The notes under the pieces: model-generated
Database searches by the model: none
Seen by the model: only the letters and a program-made list of their open reading frames with translations
Told to the model about the DNA's origin: nothing
Position numbers and translations under genes: made by a program
NCBI GenBank assembly: GCA_964618455.1
Contig: CAZUAQ010000019.1
Location: forward strand, 8,690-72,689
Length of the DNA: 64,000 nucleotides
Direction of reading: 5' to 3'
DNA from: an uncultured Planctomycetales bacterium
GTDB taxonomy: Bacteria; Planctomycetota; Phycisphaerae; UBA1845; PWPN01
Part shown: positions 45,557 through 55,191 of the stretch, piece by piece
Position numbering within the stretch: the first letter of the stretch is position 1
Layout of the letters: every line of letters begins with the position of its first letter

Positions 45557-48142
45557 TTACAGGTCGTCGTCGAACATGTCGTCGGGAACGTCCCCGCCGC
45601 TCAGCACCGAGTCGCGCAGGCGGTCCGCTTCGCGCTGCTTGAGGTCCGCCCACTCCTCGGGCGTGATCATGACTTCCCGCGCCTGGCTGCCCTTGTAGTC
45701 GCCGACGATACCTGCCGCCGCCATCTCCTCGATCAAGCGGCTTGCCCGTGAATACCCGATCGTCAGCTTCCGCTGGAGCAGGCTCACGCTGCCTCGCTTG
45801 GTCTGCAGGACGATCTCCACCGCCTTGTCGAACAGGTCGTCGCGCGGGCCATCCTCGCTGAGTTCCTTCGTCTTGAGACGCATCAGCTCCGGATGGAATT
45901 CCGGCGAGCCCTTGCCCTTCAGGTCATTGATGACCTCGCGGAGCTCGTTGTCCTCCAGATAGGTGCCTTGGGATCGCACCAGCTTCGAGGAGCCCGGAGG
46001 GAGATAGAGCATATCGCCCTGGCCCATGAGCACCTCCGCGCCGTTCTGATCCAGGACGATACGCGAGTCCATGCGCGACGCCACGCGGAACGCGATCCGG
46101 CAGGGCAGGTTGCTCTTGATAAGACCGGTGACGATCTTGGCTTCCGGGCGTTGCGTCGCCACGATGATGTGAATGCCCACCGCGCGGCTCTTCTGGGCCA
46201 GGCGCGACAGATGCAGTTCGACCTCCTTCGCCGACATCATCATCATGTCCGCCAGCTCGTCGATGATGATGACGACGTAGGGCAGATTCATCGGGATCTG
46301 TTCCCGCTCCTCGTCGGAGGCGGGTTGGAAGCGCTCGTACTTCTCCTCCCTGGTCAGCCGGTTGTAGGCGGCGATATTGCGGACAGCCGCCTCGGCCAGG
46401 AGGGCGTACCGCTCGTCCATCTTCTCGGTGGCCCACTCGAGAATCTTCTCGGCCCGATCCATCTCCGTCACGATCGGGCACATCAGGTGGGGGACCTCCT
46501 TGAACAGGCTCATCTCCACCATCTTCGGATCCACGAGAATCAGCTTCACCATGTCCGGCCGCTGGGTCATCAGGATGGACATGACGATCGAATTGATGCA
46601 CACGCTCTTGCCCGAGCCCGTGGTGCCCGCGATGAGCATGTGCGGCATCCCCGCCAGGTCGCCGATCAGCGGCTGACCGCTGGCGTCCTTGCCGAGGAAG
46701 AGCGGCAGCGTCATCTTACGGGCTGACTCCGCACCGAGCGTCATGAGTTCCTTCATGCGGACCTTCTCCTTGTCCACGTTCGGAACCTCGATGCCGATGG
46801 TGCTCTTCCCGGGGATCGGCGCGACGACGCGAATCGATGGCGCCCGCAGCGCTCGCGCCAGGTCATTGGCCAGCGAGGAGATCTGGCTGACCTTCACGCC
46901 CGGCGCCACCTTGATCTCGAACATCGTGATCACCGGCCCGGTGTCGATCTCCACGACTACCGCCTCGATCTTGTATTCCTGCAGCGCCTTCTCGAGCACC
47001 TTGGCCTTCTCGCGGACGATCTCCTCCTGCCGCGAAGAGAAGGTGTACTCCGGCTCTTCGAGCATACCGATGCTCGGGAAATCCCACTCGGCCAGTTCCA
47101 TCGGGTAGGGGCGCTTCCGCACGTCCGGGACGTTCGTCGGCAGCTTGACGGGAGCGACGACCTTGACCTGCGGTTCAGGCGTCAGGGGCGCTTCCTGCAC
47201 GTCTTCGTCTTCCGCCTCGTCCTCCCCTTCGCCGTCTTCATCCTCGTACTCATACTCGTATTCGTATTCATACTCGTCGTCGCCGTCTTCACCCGCTTCG
47301 TCACCCTCGGCGTCGACCTCTTCGACCTCGGTGTCCTCCTCGCCCGCCTCCTCGACGGCGGTCACGTCATCCTCGGCCTCCGGCCAGAGTGTTTCCTGTG
47401 ATTTCTTCGCTTCGGCGTAACGTGATTTGCCCGCGTTGATGCGGATGTCCCGGGACGTCTTTTCTTTATCGGAGGCGCCTCGGCCGGACTCGGGCGTACG
47501 GCGCGATGGGATGGCGGCAAGGACGCGACGGAGCGGACCGGCCACCGACGCCAGCTGCGGCTTGGGTGGCAGATACTCCTCGGCCATTTCGCGAAGCTGC
47601 CCGCTGCGTTTACGGATTTCGCCGGGAAGCTTCATCATCGCTCCCTCGGCAGTGAAGAAGAGGCCCACGAGCAGGCAGTACAGCAGGATCGGGTACTGGA
47701 TCCAGCCGACGGTATTGCTCAGCCACGATGACAGGGCGTAACCGAGCACACCCCCGCGCATGTGAAGCCAGGACGAAGGATCTCCGCCGGTCATCAGGTG
47801 CGCCGTCGCCGAGGCCACGCAGATCAGCAGGGCGATGCCGATCACGCGCTGCCACAGGTGGGGCAGGCGCCCCTGGCGGATCAGGACGAAGAGTGCGAGC
47901 GTGAAGCCGCCCAGTGCGGCGTAGACCCCCTTGCCGAGATAGACGAAGAGATGGTAGGAGACGATCGCACCGAGCATGCCGGCGGCGTTGTAGGGCGTTT
48001 CGGGTTGAGGGTAGATGTGCGGGCTGGGATAGTCGAACGGATGGTGCGAGAGGATCGCCAGCCACAGGAAGGCACAGGCGATGACCGCAAAGAGGATGAC
48101 GCATCCGCGGATGATCTGTTGCTGCTGTTCGGAACGTGTCAT
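45557..48142 (-). CDS. ftsK: DNA translocase FtsK (4TM, linker, motor, gamma domain)
   Basis: N-terminal TMs, GPVIT, PHMLIAGTTGSGKS, LVDPKMVE, IIDELAD, ATQRP, LLQRKLTIGYSRA. Confidence 0.97.
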   Translation of the reverse strand: MTRSEQQQQIIRGCVILFAVIACAFLWLAILSHHPFDYPSPHIYPQPETPYNAAGMLGAIVSYHLFVYLGKGVYAALGGFTLALFVLIRQGRLPHLWQRVIGIALLICVASATAHLMTGGDPSSWLHMRGGVLGYALSSWLSNTVGWIQYPILLYCLLVGLFFTAEGAMMKLPGEIRKRSGQLREMAEEYLPPKPQLASVAGPLRRVLAAIPSRRTPESGRGASDKEKTSRDIRINAGKSRYAEAKKSQETLWPEAEDDVTAVEEAGEEDTEVEEVDAEGDEAGEDGDDEYEYEYEYEYEDEDGEGEDEAEDEDVQEAPLTPEPQVKVVAPVKLPTNVPDVRKRPYPMELAEWDFPSIGMLEEPEYTFSSRQEEIVREKAKVLEKALQEYKIEAVVVEIDTGPVITMFEIKVAPGVKVSQISSLANDLARALRAPSIRVVAPIPGKSTIGIEVPNVDKEKVRMKELMTLGAESARKMTLPLFLGKDASGQPLIGDLAGMPHMLIAGTTGSGKSVCINSIVMSILMTQRPDMVKLILVDPKMVEMSLFKEVPHLMCPIVTEMDRAEKILEWATEKMDERYALLAEAAVRNIAAYNRLTREEKYERFQPASDEEREQIPMNLPYVVIIIDELADMMMMSAKEVELHLSRLAQKSRAVGIHIIVATQRPEAKIVTGLIKSNLPCRIAFRVASRMDSRIVLDQNGAEVLMGQGDMLYLPPGSSKLVRSQGTYLEDNELREVINDLKGKGSPEFHPELMRLKTKELSEDGPRDDLFDKAVEIVLQTKRGSVSLLQRKLTIGYSRASRLIEEMAAAGIVGDYKGSQAREVMITPEEWADLKQREADRLRDSVLSGGDVPDDMFDDDL
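47243..47275. repeat. 6-bp coding microsatellite, (Glu-Tyr)x5, in the acidic FtsK linker
   Basis: ctcgta ctcata ctcgta ttcgta ttcata ctc encodes EYEYEYEYEYE. Confidence 0.85.
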
Positions 48143-48320
48143 GCGGCCAATACCCTCCCTGATACGCCCGCACCGTTGAAAGAATTCTGATCCACTACAT
48201 TACCCTCGGCATCGCCGAAGCGTCAATATTCTTGGCCATGCCGGAAATGTAGCGTCACGCAGCTCTCGCGAGGGGCATAGACATACGTATCGTTACTATC
48301 GGTCGATGGCGAGACGTGGC

Positions 48321-48446
48321 TGGAAGGAAACTTTCGGGCGAGTGGGCAGGGTGTAAAAGGAGTTCCCGGTTGTGATGGAACGCCGGCCTAGGAGGAAGGG
48401 CAAGGCACTTGGTTCCACCACAACCGGGTCGCGGAGGAGGAAGCGA
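48321..48446 (-). ncRNA. Candidate small RNA with anti-Shine-Dalgarno loops, downstream of glnK
   Basis: 17-bp stem 48365-48381/48412-48428 (its only non-canonical pair is G-U on the - strand), two loops exposing (C)UUCCUCCU, then CUCCUUUU. Confidence 0.4.
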
Positions 48447-48611
48447 GATTAAGTCTGGTTCAGTGGAGTGTCACGATGCTCACGCCCGGGGGAAAAGACC
48501 GCGCCAAGCGATTTCCGGCCGAGCGTTTCATCGTGTTCAACCTCCACATCATGGATAATTCGTTCGAATCGTATCCGTTCTGCTTGCAGCAGACGATACC
48601 GCTTGACGTCG

Positions 48612-48956
48612 TCAGATGGCGGTCTCGCCCGTTTCGCCGGTACGAATCCGGATGCACTGCTCGAGCGGAAGCACGAGAATCTTCCCGTCGCCCACATTGC
48701 CGCCTTCACTTCTCGCTGCGGCAGTGACCGCCTTGATCGTCGGCTCGACGAACGGTTCGTTCACGGCGATGAGCAACATGACTTTGCGGAGCAGGGACAC
48801 CTCGAAAGGCTGCCCGCGAAATTGTTCGGTCACGCCCATCTGCTGGCCGAAGCCCTGGGCGTCCAACACGGTCAAGCGGAACACTTCCGCCTTGTTCAAC
48901 TCTTCTTTGACGGCCGGCACGCAGTTGGGCCGGACAATGGCAACGATCAGTTTCAT
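48612..48956 (-). CDS. glnK: P-II nitrogen regulator
   Basis: MKLIVAIVRP, GFGQQ, GDGKI, IRIRTGE. Adjacent to amtB. Confidence 0.93.
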   Translation of the reverse strand: MKLIVAIVRPNCVPAVKEELNKAEVFRLTVLDAQGFGQQMGVTEQFRGQPFEVSLLRKVMLLIAVNEPFVEPTIKAVTAAARSEGGNVGDGKILVLPLEQCIRIRTGETGETAI

Positions 48957-49066
48957 GGTTCATTTCCTTCATTTATCTTGAGCCCCGCTTCACTTCATCC
49001 CGGGACTTGCACCAAGCGAGATTTCAAACTTCGTTCGATACGTTTGACTCAAATCCGACCCGAGCC

Positions 49067-49097
49067 CGGCCCGCAGTCCCGAAGGACTGCGAGGCCG
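49067..49097 (-). other. UUCG tetraloop hairpin between amtB and glnK
   Basis: CGCAGTCC-TTCG-GGACTGCG on the - strand, extended by CGGCC/GGCCG. Confidence 0.7.
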
Positions 49098-49117
49098 AGC
49101 CGGTCCGGTGTGGTCGG

Positions 49118-50596
49118 TTAGTGAATCCGCAACGAGTAGTCCGGATAGGCCTCGGCACCGTGCTCGGTGATGTCCAGCCCTTCCAGTTCCTCGGTCTTCG
49201 TCGCACGCAGGCCGATGGTCACCTTGATGATCCCGAAGATCACCATCGCCGAGAGGAACGCCCACAGAGCGATGACGACACTGCCCATGACCTGGACGCC
49301 GATATACTGACCGCGGGACATTAGTTCTCCCGTCTCGGCGTTGGCGGTTGGGAGATCCATGCCGAAGATACCGCACGCGATGCAGCCCCAGAGGCCGCAG
49401 AGGCCGTGCACGGGGAACGCGCCCACTGGATCGTCGATCTTGATCTTGTCCAGGAGAATGGTACCGAGCACAACGATGACACCGGCCACGATACCGATGA
49501 GAATGGCTGACTCCGGCGAGACCTGGTCGGTATTCGCCGTGACGCCGACGAGGCCACCGAGGATACCGTTCATGGCCATACCGAGATCCGGCTTGCTGGT
49601 AATGGCCCACGTCAGGAACATCGCCGCCGAACATCCACCCGCTGCCGAGAGCAGCGTCGTCACGACGACCTGGCCGATGGCAATGGCTGAATCCGCGTCG
49701 TCCGTACCGTGGTACCCACCCAGGGTGGTCAACTCGCTGCCGGCGTTGAAGCCGAACCAGCCGAAGAACAGCACCAGCGTGCCGACGAATGCCAGCGACA
49801 TGCTGTGGCCGGGAATCGGGGTACTCGAACCATCGCTCTTGAAACGTCCGATCCGGGGGCCGAGAAGAATGGCACCGGCCAACGCCACGAAGCCACCGCA
49901 GCCGTGTACCACCATGCTACCCGCGAAGTCGGCGAATCCCGCCTGGGCGAGCCATCCGCCACCCCACTTCCAGTAACCGCTGATGGGATAGATCAGGCCC
50001 GTAATGAAGATCGTATAGATGAGGTAACTGCGGAACGCGGTGCGGCCCGCCATGGCTCCCGAGGCAATCGTCGCGGCCGCGGCAGCGAATACGACCTGGA
50101 AGAACCAGTCAGAGTAGTGCGAATAACCGGCGCCCGCCTCGGCGAAGGTCTCACCCTCGGCGGGAGCAAATCCACCGATACCAAAGCCGTTGAAGCCGAT
50201 CCAGCCGCCCTCTGTTCCATTGTACATGATGCTGAAGCCGATGAAGAAGAAGACGATGGCGCCCAGGCTGAAGTCCATCACGTTCTTCATCAGTACGTTG
50301 ACCGTATGCTTCTGTGGCAGGAAGCCTGCTTCGAGGCAGCCGAAGCCGAGCTGCATCATCATGACCAGCGCCCCGCAGAGAATCAGCCAGACATTGTCCA
50401 ACGCCCAGCCCACTTCTTCTGCTGCGGCTAGGGCTGCCTCCGGGGTAACCGGTTCGGCGGCTTCTTCCATTTCCGGCTCCGCCGCTGCCGGGGTCGTCTC
50501 TCCCTCCGGGGCGTCCTGCCCGTATGAGGCCGTTCCGAACCATGACATCAGGGCAAGCCCCAAAATGCCAAGCCAAGCGATTTTCTTTAGGCTCAT
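49118..50596 (-). CDS. amtB: Ammonium transporter
   Basis: GGAGGT RBS, MQLGFGCLEAG, DFAGSMVVH, LGPRIGRF, WFGFNAGS, DDPVGAFPVH, EGLDITEHG. Confidence 0.97.
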   Translation of the reverse strand: MSLKKIAWLGILGLALMSWFGTASYGQDAPEGETTPAAAEPEMEEAAEPVTPEAALAAAEEVGWALDNVWLILCGALVMMMQLGFGCLEAGFLPQKHTVNVLMKNVMDFSLGAIVFFFIGFSIMYNGTEGGWIGFNGFGIGGFAPAEGETFAEAGAGYSHYSDWFFQVVFAAAAATIASGAMAGRTAFRSYLIYTIFITGLIYPISGYWKWGGGWLAQAGFADFAGSMVVHGCGGFVALAGAILLGPRIGRFKSDGSSTPIPGHSMSLAFVGTLVLFFGWFGFNAGSELTTLGGYHGTDDADSAIAIGQVVVTTLLSAAGGCSAAMFLTWAITSKPDLGMAMNGILGGLVGVTANTDQVSPESAILIGIVAGVIVVLGTILLDKIKIDDPVGAFPVHGLCGLWGCIACGIFGMDLPTANAETGELMSRGQYIGVQVMGSVVIALWAFLSAMVIFGIIKVTIGLRATKTEELEGLDITEHGAEAYPDYSLRIH

Positions 50597-50766
50597 TTTT
50601 GCGATACCTCCGCTTTCTGTTTCCATCACACAGGACCTTTGATTAACAAGCGAGCAGACCATTGCTCAATTCGATTGCGTTATTGTTGAGGAGACAGCAC
50701 AGAAGGCTGTCTTGAGCAATACTTCAGCATGAAGGACCTTCGGTCACGATGCGTCGCCGAATATGG

Positions 50767-50784
50767 ATGCAAAGGATATGCCAA
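50767..50784 (-). promoter_or_regulatory. Sigma54 (-24/-12) promoter of amtB-glnK
   Basis: TTGGCATATCCTTTGCAT on the - strand (GG-N10-GC), with a possible NtrC-like site TGCCG-N7-GTGCA at 50860-50876. Confidence 0.75.
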
Positions 50785-51013
50785 AGCGATTTTTGCTAAC
50801 GCAATCCTTGATTAATGCCGATCAGGGGGATTTATCACGTCCCATGGCAGGAAACGGGGTGCCGAGGAATTGTGCATGGCTGAATAATGCGGACCGACTG
50901 TGTTCAGGGATGCGGCAGCCAGAAGGATCGGGGCCCCCCGTTGCCGAGGCAATAGGCAAGATAGTGATCCTTGGAAAGGTGGGCCCTCTTTTTCCGAGTT
51001 TCCAAGGGGGAGA

Positions 51014-51850
51014 TCAGGCTTTCAAGGCGTGCTCAATCTCGTTGTACCAGCCTTCTCCATAGGCATAGCGGCCGTGGATACACAGCGCACTGATCGCGAT
51101 GGGGGTCAGCCGCGTATGCGCTCGGATAAAGGGCAGGATGGCGTCGGGATCATTTTTCAGCGCCACCAGGGCGGTATGCTCGTCCTCGCGACCGGGAATG
51201 CGGTCGAAGTTCGCTTCGGTCTCCGAGAGCGATAAATCCAGCCAGGCGTCGAAGATCATTTCCGGCTGACGGATCGAGGCATCGCGGGTCAATCCCAGGC
51301 AGAGGATGTCGCGAATGGGATCGATGGGCAGGTCGTCCAGAAAGAGTTCCTCCTCCAGTTCCCGTCGAATTCCGCCATAAACGTCGATTTCACCATGGGG
51401 ATTGCGGTCGTCGGGCTCGATGGCACCCCCGAACGTGTGCACGCAGCCCCGGTGGGAGGCCACCTGTTCGCTTCGACGTCCGAGAATCAGGTAGTCGTCG
51501 GTGGTGATCGCCAGGGCGGAGGTGCCGATCGGATTGCTGAACGCCTGCCATCCATACCCCTCGGCGAGATGCGGGTTGAGCATGTTGGTGCCCATGAACC
51601 GGATGTAATCGGTCGGGCAGGTGTCCAGGACGAGCGTGCCACTCTGGACGTCCGCCGAAACGAGCCGAACGAGCGGGCCGTTGAAGAGCACCGTTCCCTG
51701 TTCGCGCGTCTGCCTGTAATACGAATCCCAGGTCTTTCGCGCCTCCCGTTCCAGTTCGTCACAGGGCGGAGGCTCGGATTCGGTCCATCGGATCCGAATC
51801 CGCTCGGGCGGAAACGGGCCGAATGCATCAAGTTCGAAAATACTCATCAT
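51014..51850 (-). CDS. Nudix-fold hydrolase-like protein
   Basis: NPIGTS, LILGRRS..VA, GGAIEP, GGIRRELEEEL. Confidence 0.7.
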   Translation of the reverse strand: MMSIFELDAFGPFPPERIRIRWTESEPPPCDELEREARKTWDSYYRQTREQGTVLFNGPLVRLVSADVQSGTLVLDTCPTDYIRFMGTNMLNPHLAEGYGWQAFSNPIGTSALAITTDDYLILGRRSEQVASHRGCVHTFGGAIEPDDRNPHGEIDVYGGIRRELEEELFLDDLPIDPIRDILCLGLTRDASIRQPEMIFDAWLDLSLSETEANFDRIPGREDEHTALVALKNDPDAILPFIRAHTRLTPIAISALCIHGRYAYGEGWYNEIEHALKA

Positions 51851-51908
51851 GGTGATCCCGATGAGGTCTTCGGCAAGGTGGCGGTGTGGCATTACCTGAA
51901 GGCGCGGC

Positions 51909-52763
51909 TCAATCTTCCAGGGGCAGAAGCGTGACTGTCAAGTGTTCGTCGGGGGCGCCCTCATAGACCCGTTGAAGATCCTGGTCCTTCCGATAAACCC
52001 CGTTCGGAATGCGGCGTACCGGCAGTACGTGTATGAATTCCTGCTGGGATAATGGCCACGGCGACCAGCGCAGTGTGCATTCGTCTTCCCATCGGCATGC
52101 GACTGAGCCGTTCGAACCGTGACTCCCGGCGGGCGCGCCTTGTTCCGGGGCATGATGGTCAGGCATCCATCGCCCGTGCCAGTTGTGCATGAATTCGGGC
52201 AGTTCCCGCGCGCAGAGGATCAGGGACATCCAGTCGACGGCGCGGAGGACATCAAAGTGGTAGAGCAGTTCGCGATCCTTGTCGCTGTGCGGATAGAGTC
52301 GACCGTTGTTGCCGCTGAGCGTGAGACCCAGGGTCGAGCGATAATCCGCCTGTCGATGTTTCTGGCAACGGACGAAGTCCTGGACGAGCAACTGCACGGC
52401 TTCAGGTTCGTCGTTCAGGGGAATCTGCTCAGCCAGTCGGCAGAAGTGCAGGCTGACCAGCAGACCGCCCATCGGTCCGCTTCGCGCCGCCGCCGCGGCC
52501 ACGGAGGCCACCCACATTCGCACGTACGAGGCGATGGGCATTTCGAAGAAATCCGCCGGGTAGTGTTTGGGGTTCAGCGTGGGCTGCGAGTCGTGCAGCG
52601 ACCATCCGGCATCGTGATGTTCAACTGCGGTGACGAAGAGATCCCGCGGCTTCGGGGAGGCAAATCGACCATTCCCCCACAGGTCGGCGAGTCGCCCGGC
52701 CAGGTGGGCATGGTCTTCCTGCGTAACGAGAAGGAGATCATCCGTGCGGCGACGTACGATCAT
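51909..52763 (-). CDS. DUF3891 family protein
   Basis: LVTQEDHAHLAGRLADLWGN...AVEHHDAGW...GLLVSLH...DWMSLILC. Confidence 0.8.
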   Translation of the reverse strand: MIVRRRTDDLLLVTQEDHAHLAGRLADLWGNGRFASPKPRDLFVTAVEHHDAGWSLHDSQPTLNPKHYPADFFEMPIASYVRMWVASVAAAAARSGPMGGLLVSLHFCRLAEQIPLNDEPEAVQLLVQDFVRCQKHRQADYRSTLGLTLSGNNGRLYPHSDKDRELLYHFDVLRAVDWMSLILCARELPEFMHNWHGRWMPDHHAPEQGAPAGSHGSNGSVACRWEDECTLRWSPWPLSQQEFIHVLPVRRIPNGVYRKDQDLQRVYEGAPDEHLTVTLLPLED

Positions 52764-53012
52764 GAATCTTCCCCCGCGAGCCAGCTTACACAATGATCGA
52801 CATGAGAACGATCAGGATCTGATGTTCTCAGCATACCCGCGCGGGCATGAAATTGCGACAACCAATTCGTTTTCGTCGGATATCTGCGATCGAGTCGATG
52901 GATTCGGAGCAGACCATGGCTGGAACGCTTCCCGCCGCCACGGTAAAATGAAGGGCTTGCTTGGTCGGGAATGTTCCTTACCAAGATTGCGACGTGGTCC
53001 GGGAGTGGCATC

Positions 53013-53498
53013 ATGAACGACAGCATACAGACCGTGGTCGGTGACCTGAGATCCGACAACCAACGCTTTGCCATCGTCGTCGGCCGATTTAACGAGTTTG
53101 TTTCGTCGCGCCTGCTGAACGGTTGCCTCGATGCGCTGAACCGCCACGGGTGCCGGGAGGAGGCCGTGACCGTCGTGTGGGTTCCTGGCGCGTGGGAATT
53201 GCCTCTCGTTGCGCGGCGGCTGGCGGACCGTGGCGGTTGCGACGCCATCATCTGTCTCGGCTGTGTGTTGCGCGGTGATACGCCGCATTTCGATTACGTG
53301 GCGGGCGAATCGGCCAAGGGCATCGCTCAGGCATCGATGGAGACCGGGGTGCCGATCATCTTCGGCGTCGTGACCGGTGACACGCTGGAGCAGGCTATTC
53401 AGCGTGCCGGCGCGAAGCACGGGAACAAGGGCGCGGATGCCGCCATCACCGCCATCGAAATGGCCAACGTGTACAAGGCCATCGACGCGATGAAATGA
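53013..53498 (+). CDS. ribH: 6,7-dimethyl-8-ribityllumazine synthase
   Basis: [33 protein letters not shown]. Confidence 0.97.
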   Translation: MNDSIQTVVGDLRSDNQRFAIVVGRFNEFVSSRLLNGCLDALNRHGCREEAVTVVWVPGAWELPLVARRLADRGGCDAIICLGCVLRGDTPHFDYVAGESAKGIAQASMETGVPIIFGVVTGDTLEQAIQRAGAKHGNKGADAAITAIEMANVYKAIDAMK

Positions 53499-53609
53499 CA
53501 GGGATCCGGACACCTGCGCCTACGGCCCCGCATGATCCTTCCGAAAGAGGGATACGCCGATGGGGGTTCCGGTCTGAAGACCCGGATTGACGACGATCGA
53601 ATCATCATC

Positions 53610-54080
53610 ATGAAAACCACACGACATCACGCCCGCGAGATCGCCTTGCAGGCCTTGTTTCAACTGGATATCCAGAAGTCCGACAAGCGGTTTGAAATCG
53701 ATCCGATTCTTGCGCCGATTCTGGAAGAGAACGCGCACCCGGAAAGCGCGGTGACGTATGCCCGGATTCTCATTCAAGGCGCGTGGGAGAAACACGATCG
53801 CTACGATGAGATGATCTCCGGCGTGTCGGTGCGGTGGGACCTGTCGCGCATGGCGGTGGTGGATCGCAACATCCTGCGTATCGCGATCTACGAATTGATC
53901 GAGCAGCCGGAGATCCCCGTTCGTGTCGTGATCGATGAGGCCATCGAACTCGGCCGCGAGTTCGGCGAGGCGGAGACGCCGCAGTTCATCAACGGTGTGA
54001 TCGACGCCCTCTGGAAGAATCATCCCGCCTGTCGCATCGCCCGCCCGGCGGAGGAACTGACATCCACGTCCAGATCGTGA
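53610..54080 (+). CDS. nusB: Transcription antitermination factor NusB
   Basis: RHHAREIALQALFQ, WDLSRMAVVDRNILR, IDEAIEL, FINGVID. Confidence 0.95.
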   Translation: MKTTRHHAREIALQALFQLDIQKSDKRFEIDPILAPILEENAHPESAVTYARILIQGAWEKHDRYDEMISGVSVRWDLSRMAVVDRNILRIAIYELIEQPEIPVRVVIDEAIELGREFGEAETPQFINGVIDALWKNHPACRIARPAEELTSTSRS

Positions 54081-54190
54081 ATAATGACGTCGCCCCGAGC
54101 GGCGGTAAGCCACGGCCGGAATCGTCGGGGCATCGTGAATCCTGACCCCATCGCCCCGAGAGGGTGGGGGGTTCGTTATGAGGTATCGCC

Positions 54191-55120
54191 ATGGGGCTGT
54201 TCGATCGTTTCAAGAAAGGGCTTGCCAAGACCCGCGCGAAAATCAGCCAGAGCTTTCGGTCCATCCTGCCGTTCGGCAAGAAGATCGATGATGCCGTCAT
54301 CGACGAGCTCGAGGAGACGATGCTGGCCGACGACATGGGCCCGGCGACGACCGCCAAACTGATCGACGAGGTACGCACCGCCTACAAGTCCGGCAAGATC
54401 GCCGAGACGCAGGAGATCATTCCGTTTCTGAAATCGCAGATCGTCGGTTACTGGCCTGAATCGCAGCGGCAGCTCATTCGCGCCGAATCCGGTCCCACGG
54501 TGATTCTCGTCGTCGGGATCAACGGGTCGGGCAAGACGACCAGCGTAGCCAAACTCGCCAACCACCTGAAGAAGCAGGGCCACAAGGTCATTCTCGGCGC
54601 CTGCGACACCTTCCGGGCGGCCGCGGTTGCGCAACTGACCGAGTGGGCCAGCCGCATCGATATCCAGATCGTCAAACATCAGCAGGATGCCGACCCGGGG
54701 GCGGTGGCGTACGATGCGTGTGAGGCGGCGACCTCTCGCGGCGTGGACTATCTGATCGTGGACACCGCCGGGCGGCTGCACACGCAGGATAACCTCATGC
54801 GCGAACTGTCCAAGATTCAGAAGGTCGTCGAGAAGAAGATCCCCGGGGCGCCGCATGAAGTGCTGTTGATCCTCGATTCCACCATCGGGCAGAACGCGAT
54901 CAACCAGGCGAAGATGTTCAGCCAGCACGTGAACGTGTCGGGCCTGTTTCTCGCCAAGTTGGACGGCTCCGCCAAGGGCGGCATCGTCGTCGGCATCCGC
55001 GACCAGATCGACATCCCGGTCAAGTTCGTCGGCCTCGGCGAGACACCCGACGACATCGAGCCTTTCGACCCCGAGAGTTTCGTCGAAGCGCTCTTTTCCG
55101 AACCGGAGCCGCAAGGCTGA
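54191..55120 (+). CDS. ftsY: SRP receptor FtsY (short form without acidic domain)
   Basis: GINGSGKTT, CDTFRAAA, DTAGRLH, KLDGSAKGG. Confidence 0.97.
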   Translation: MGLFDRFKKGLAKTRAKISQSFRSILPFGKKIDDAVIDELEETMLADDMGPATTAKLIDEVRTAYKSGKIAETQEIIPFLKSQIVGYWPESQRQLIRAESGPTVILVVGINGSGKTTSVAKLANHLKKQGHKVILGACDTFRAAAVAQLTEWASRIDIQIVKHQQDADPGAVAYDACEAATSRGVDYLIVDTAGRLHTQDNLMRELSKIQKVVEKKIPGAPHEVLLILDSTIGQNAINQAKMFSQHVNVSGLFLAKLDGSAKGGIVVGIRDQIDIPVKFVGLGETPDDIEPFDPESFVEALFSEPEPQG

Positions 55121-55191
55121 AGGAACCCGGACAACCTTGATTGCGATATCCCCACTAATGACGCCGTGTACTTCTCAGCCCACCCGTCATC

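Noticed and set aside
48365-48428. SRP RNA (ffs) interpretation of the long hairpin
   Set aside because: It lacks the domain IV CAGG...GGAA...GCAG signature on both strands.
50801-50813. IHF site between the amtB enhancer and promoter
   Set aside because: AATCAAGGATTGC has two mismatches to WATCAANNNNTTR, too weak to call.
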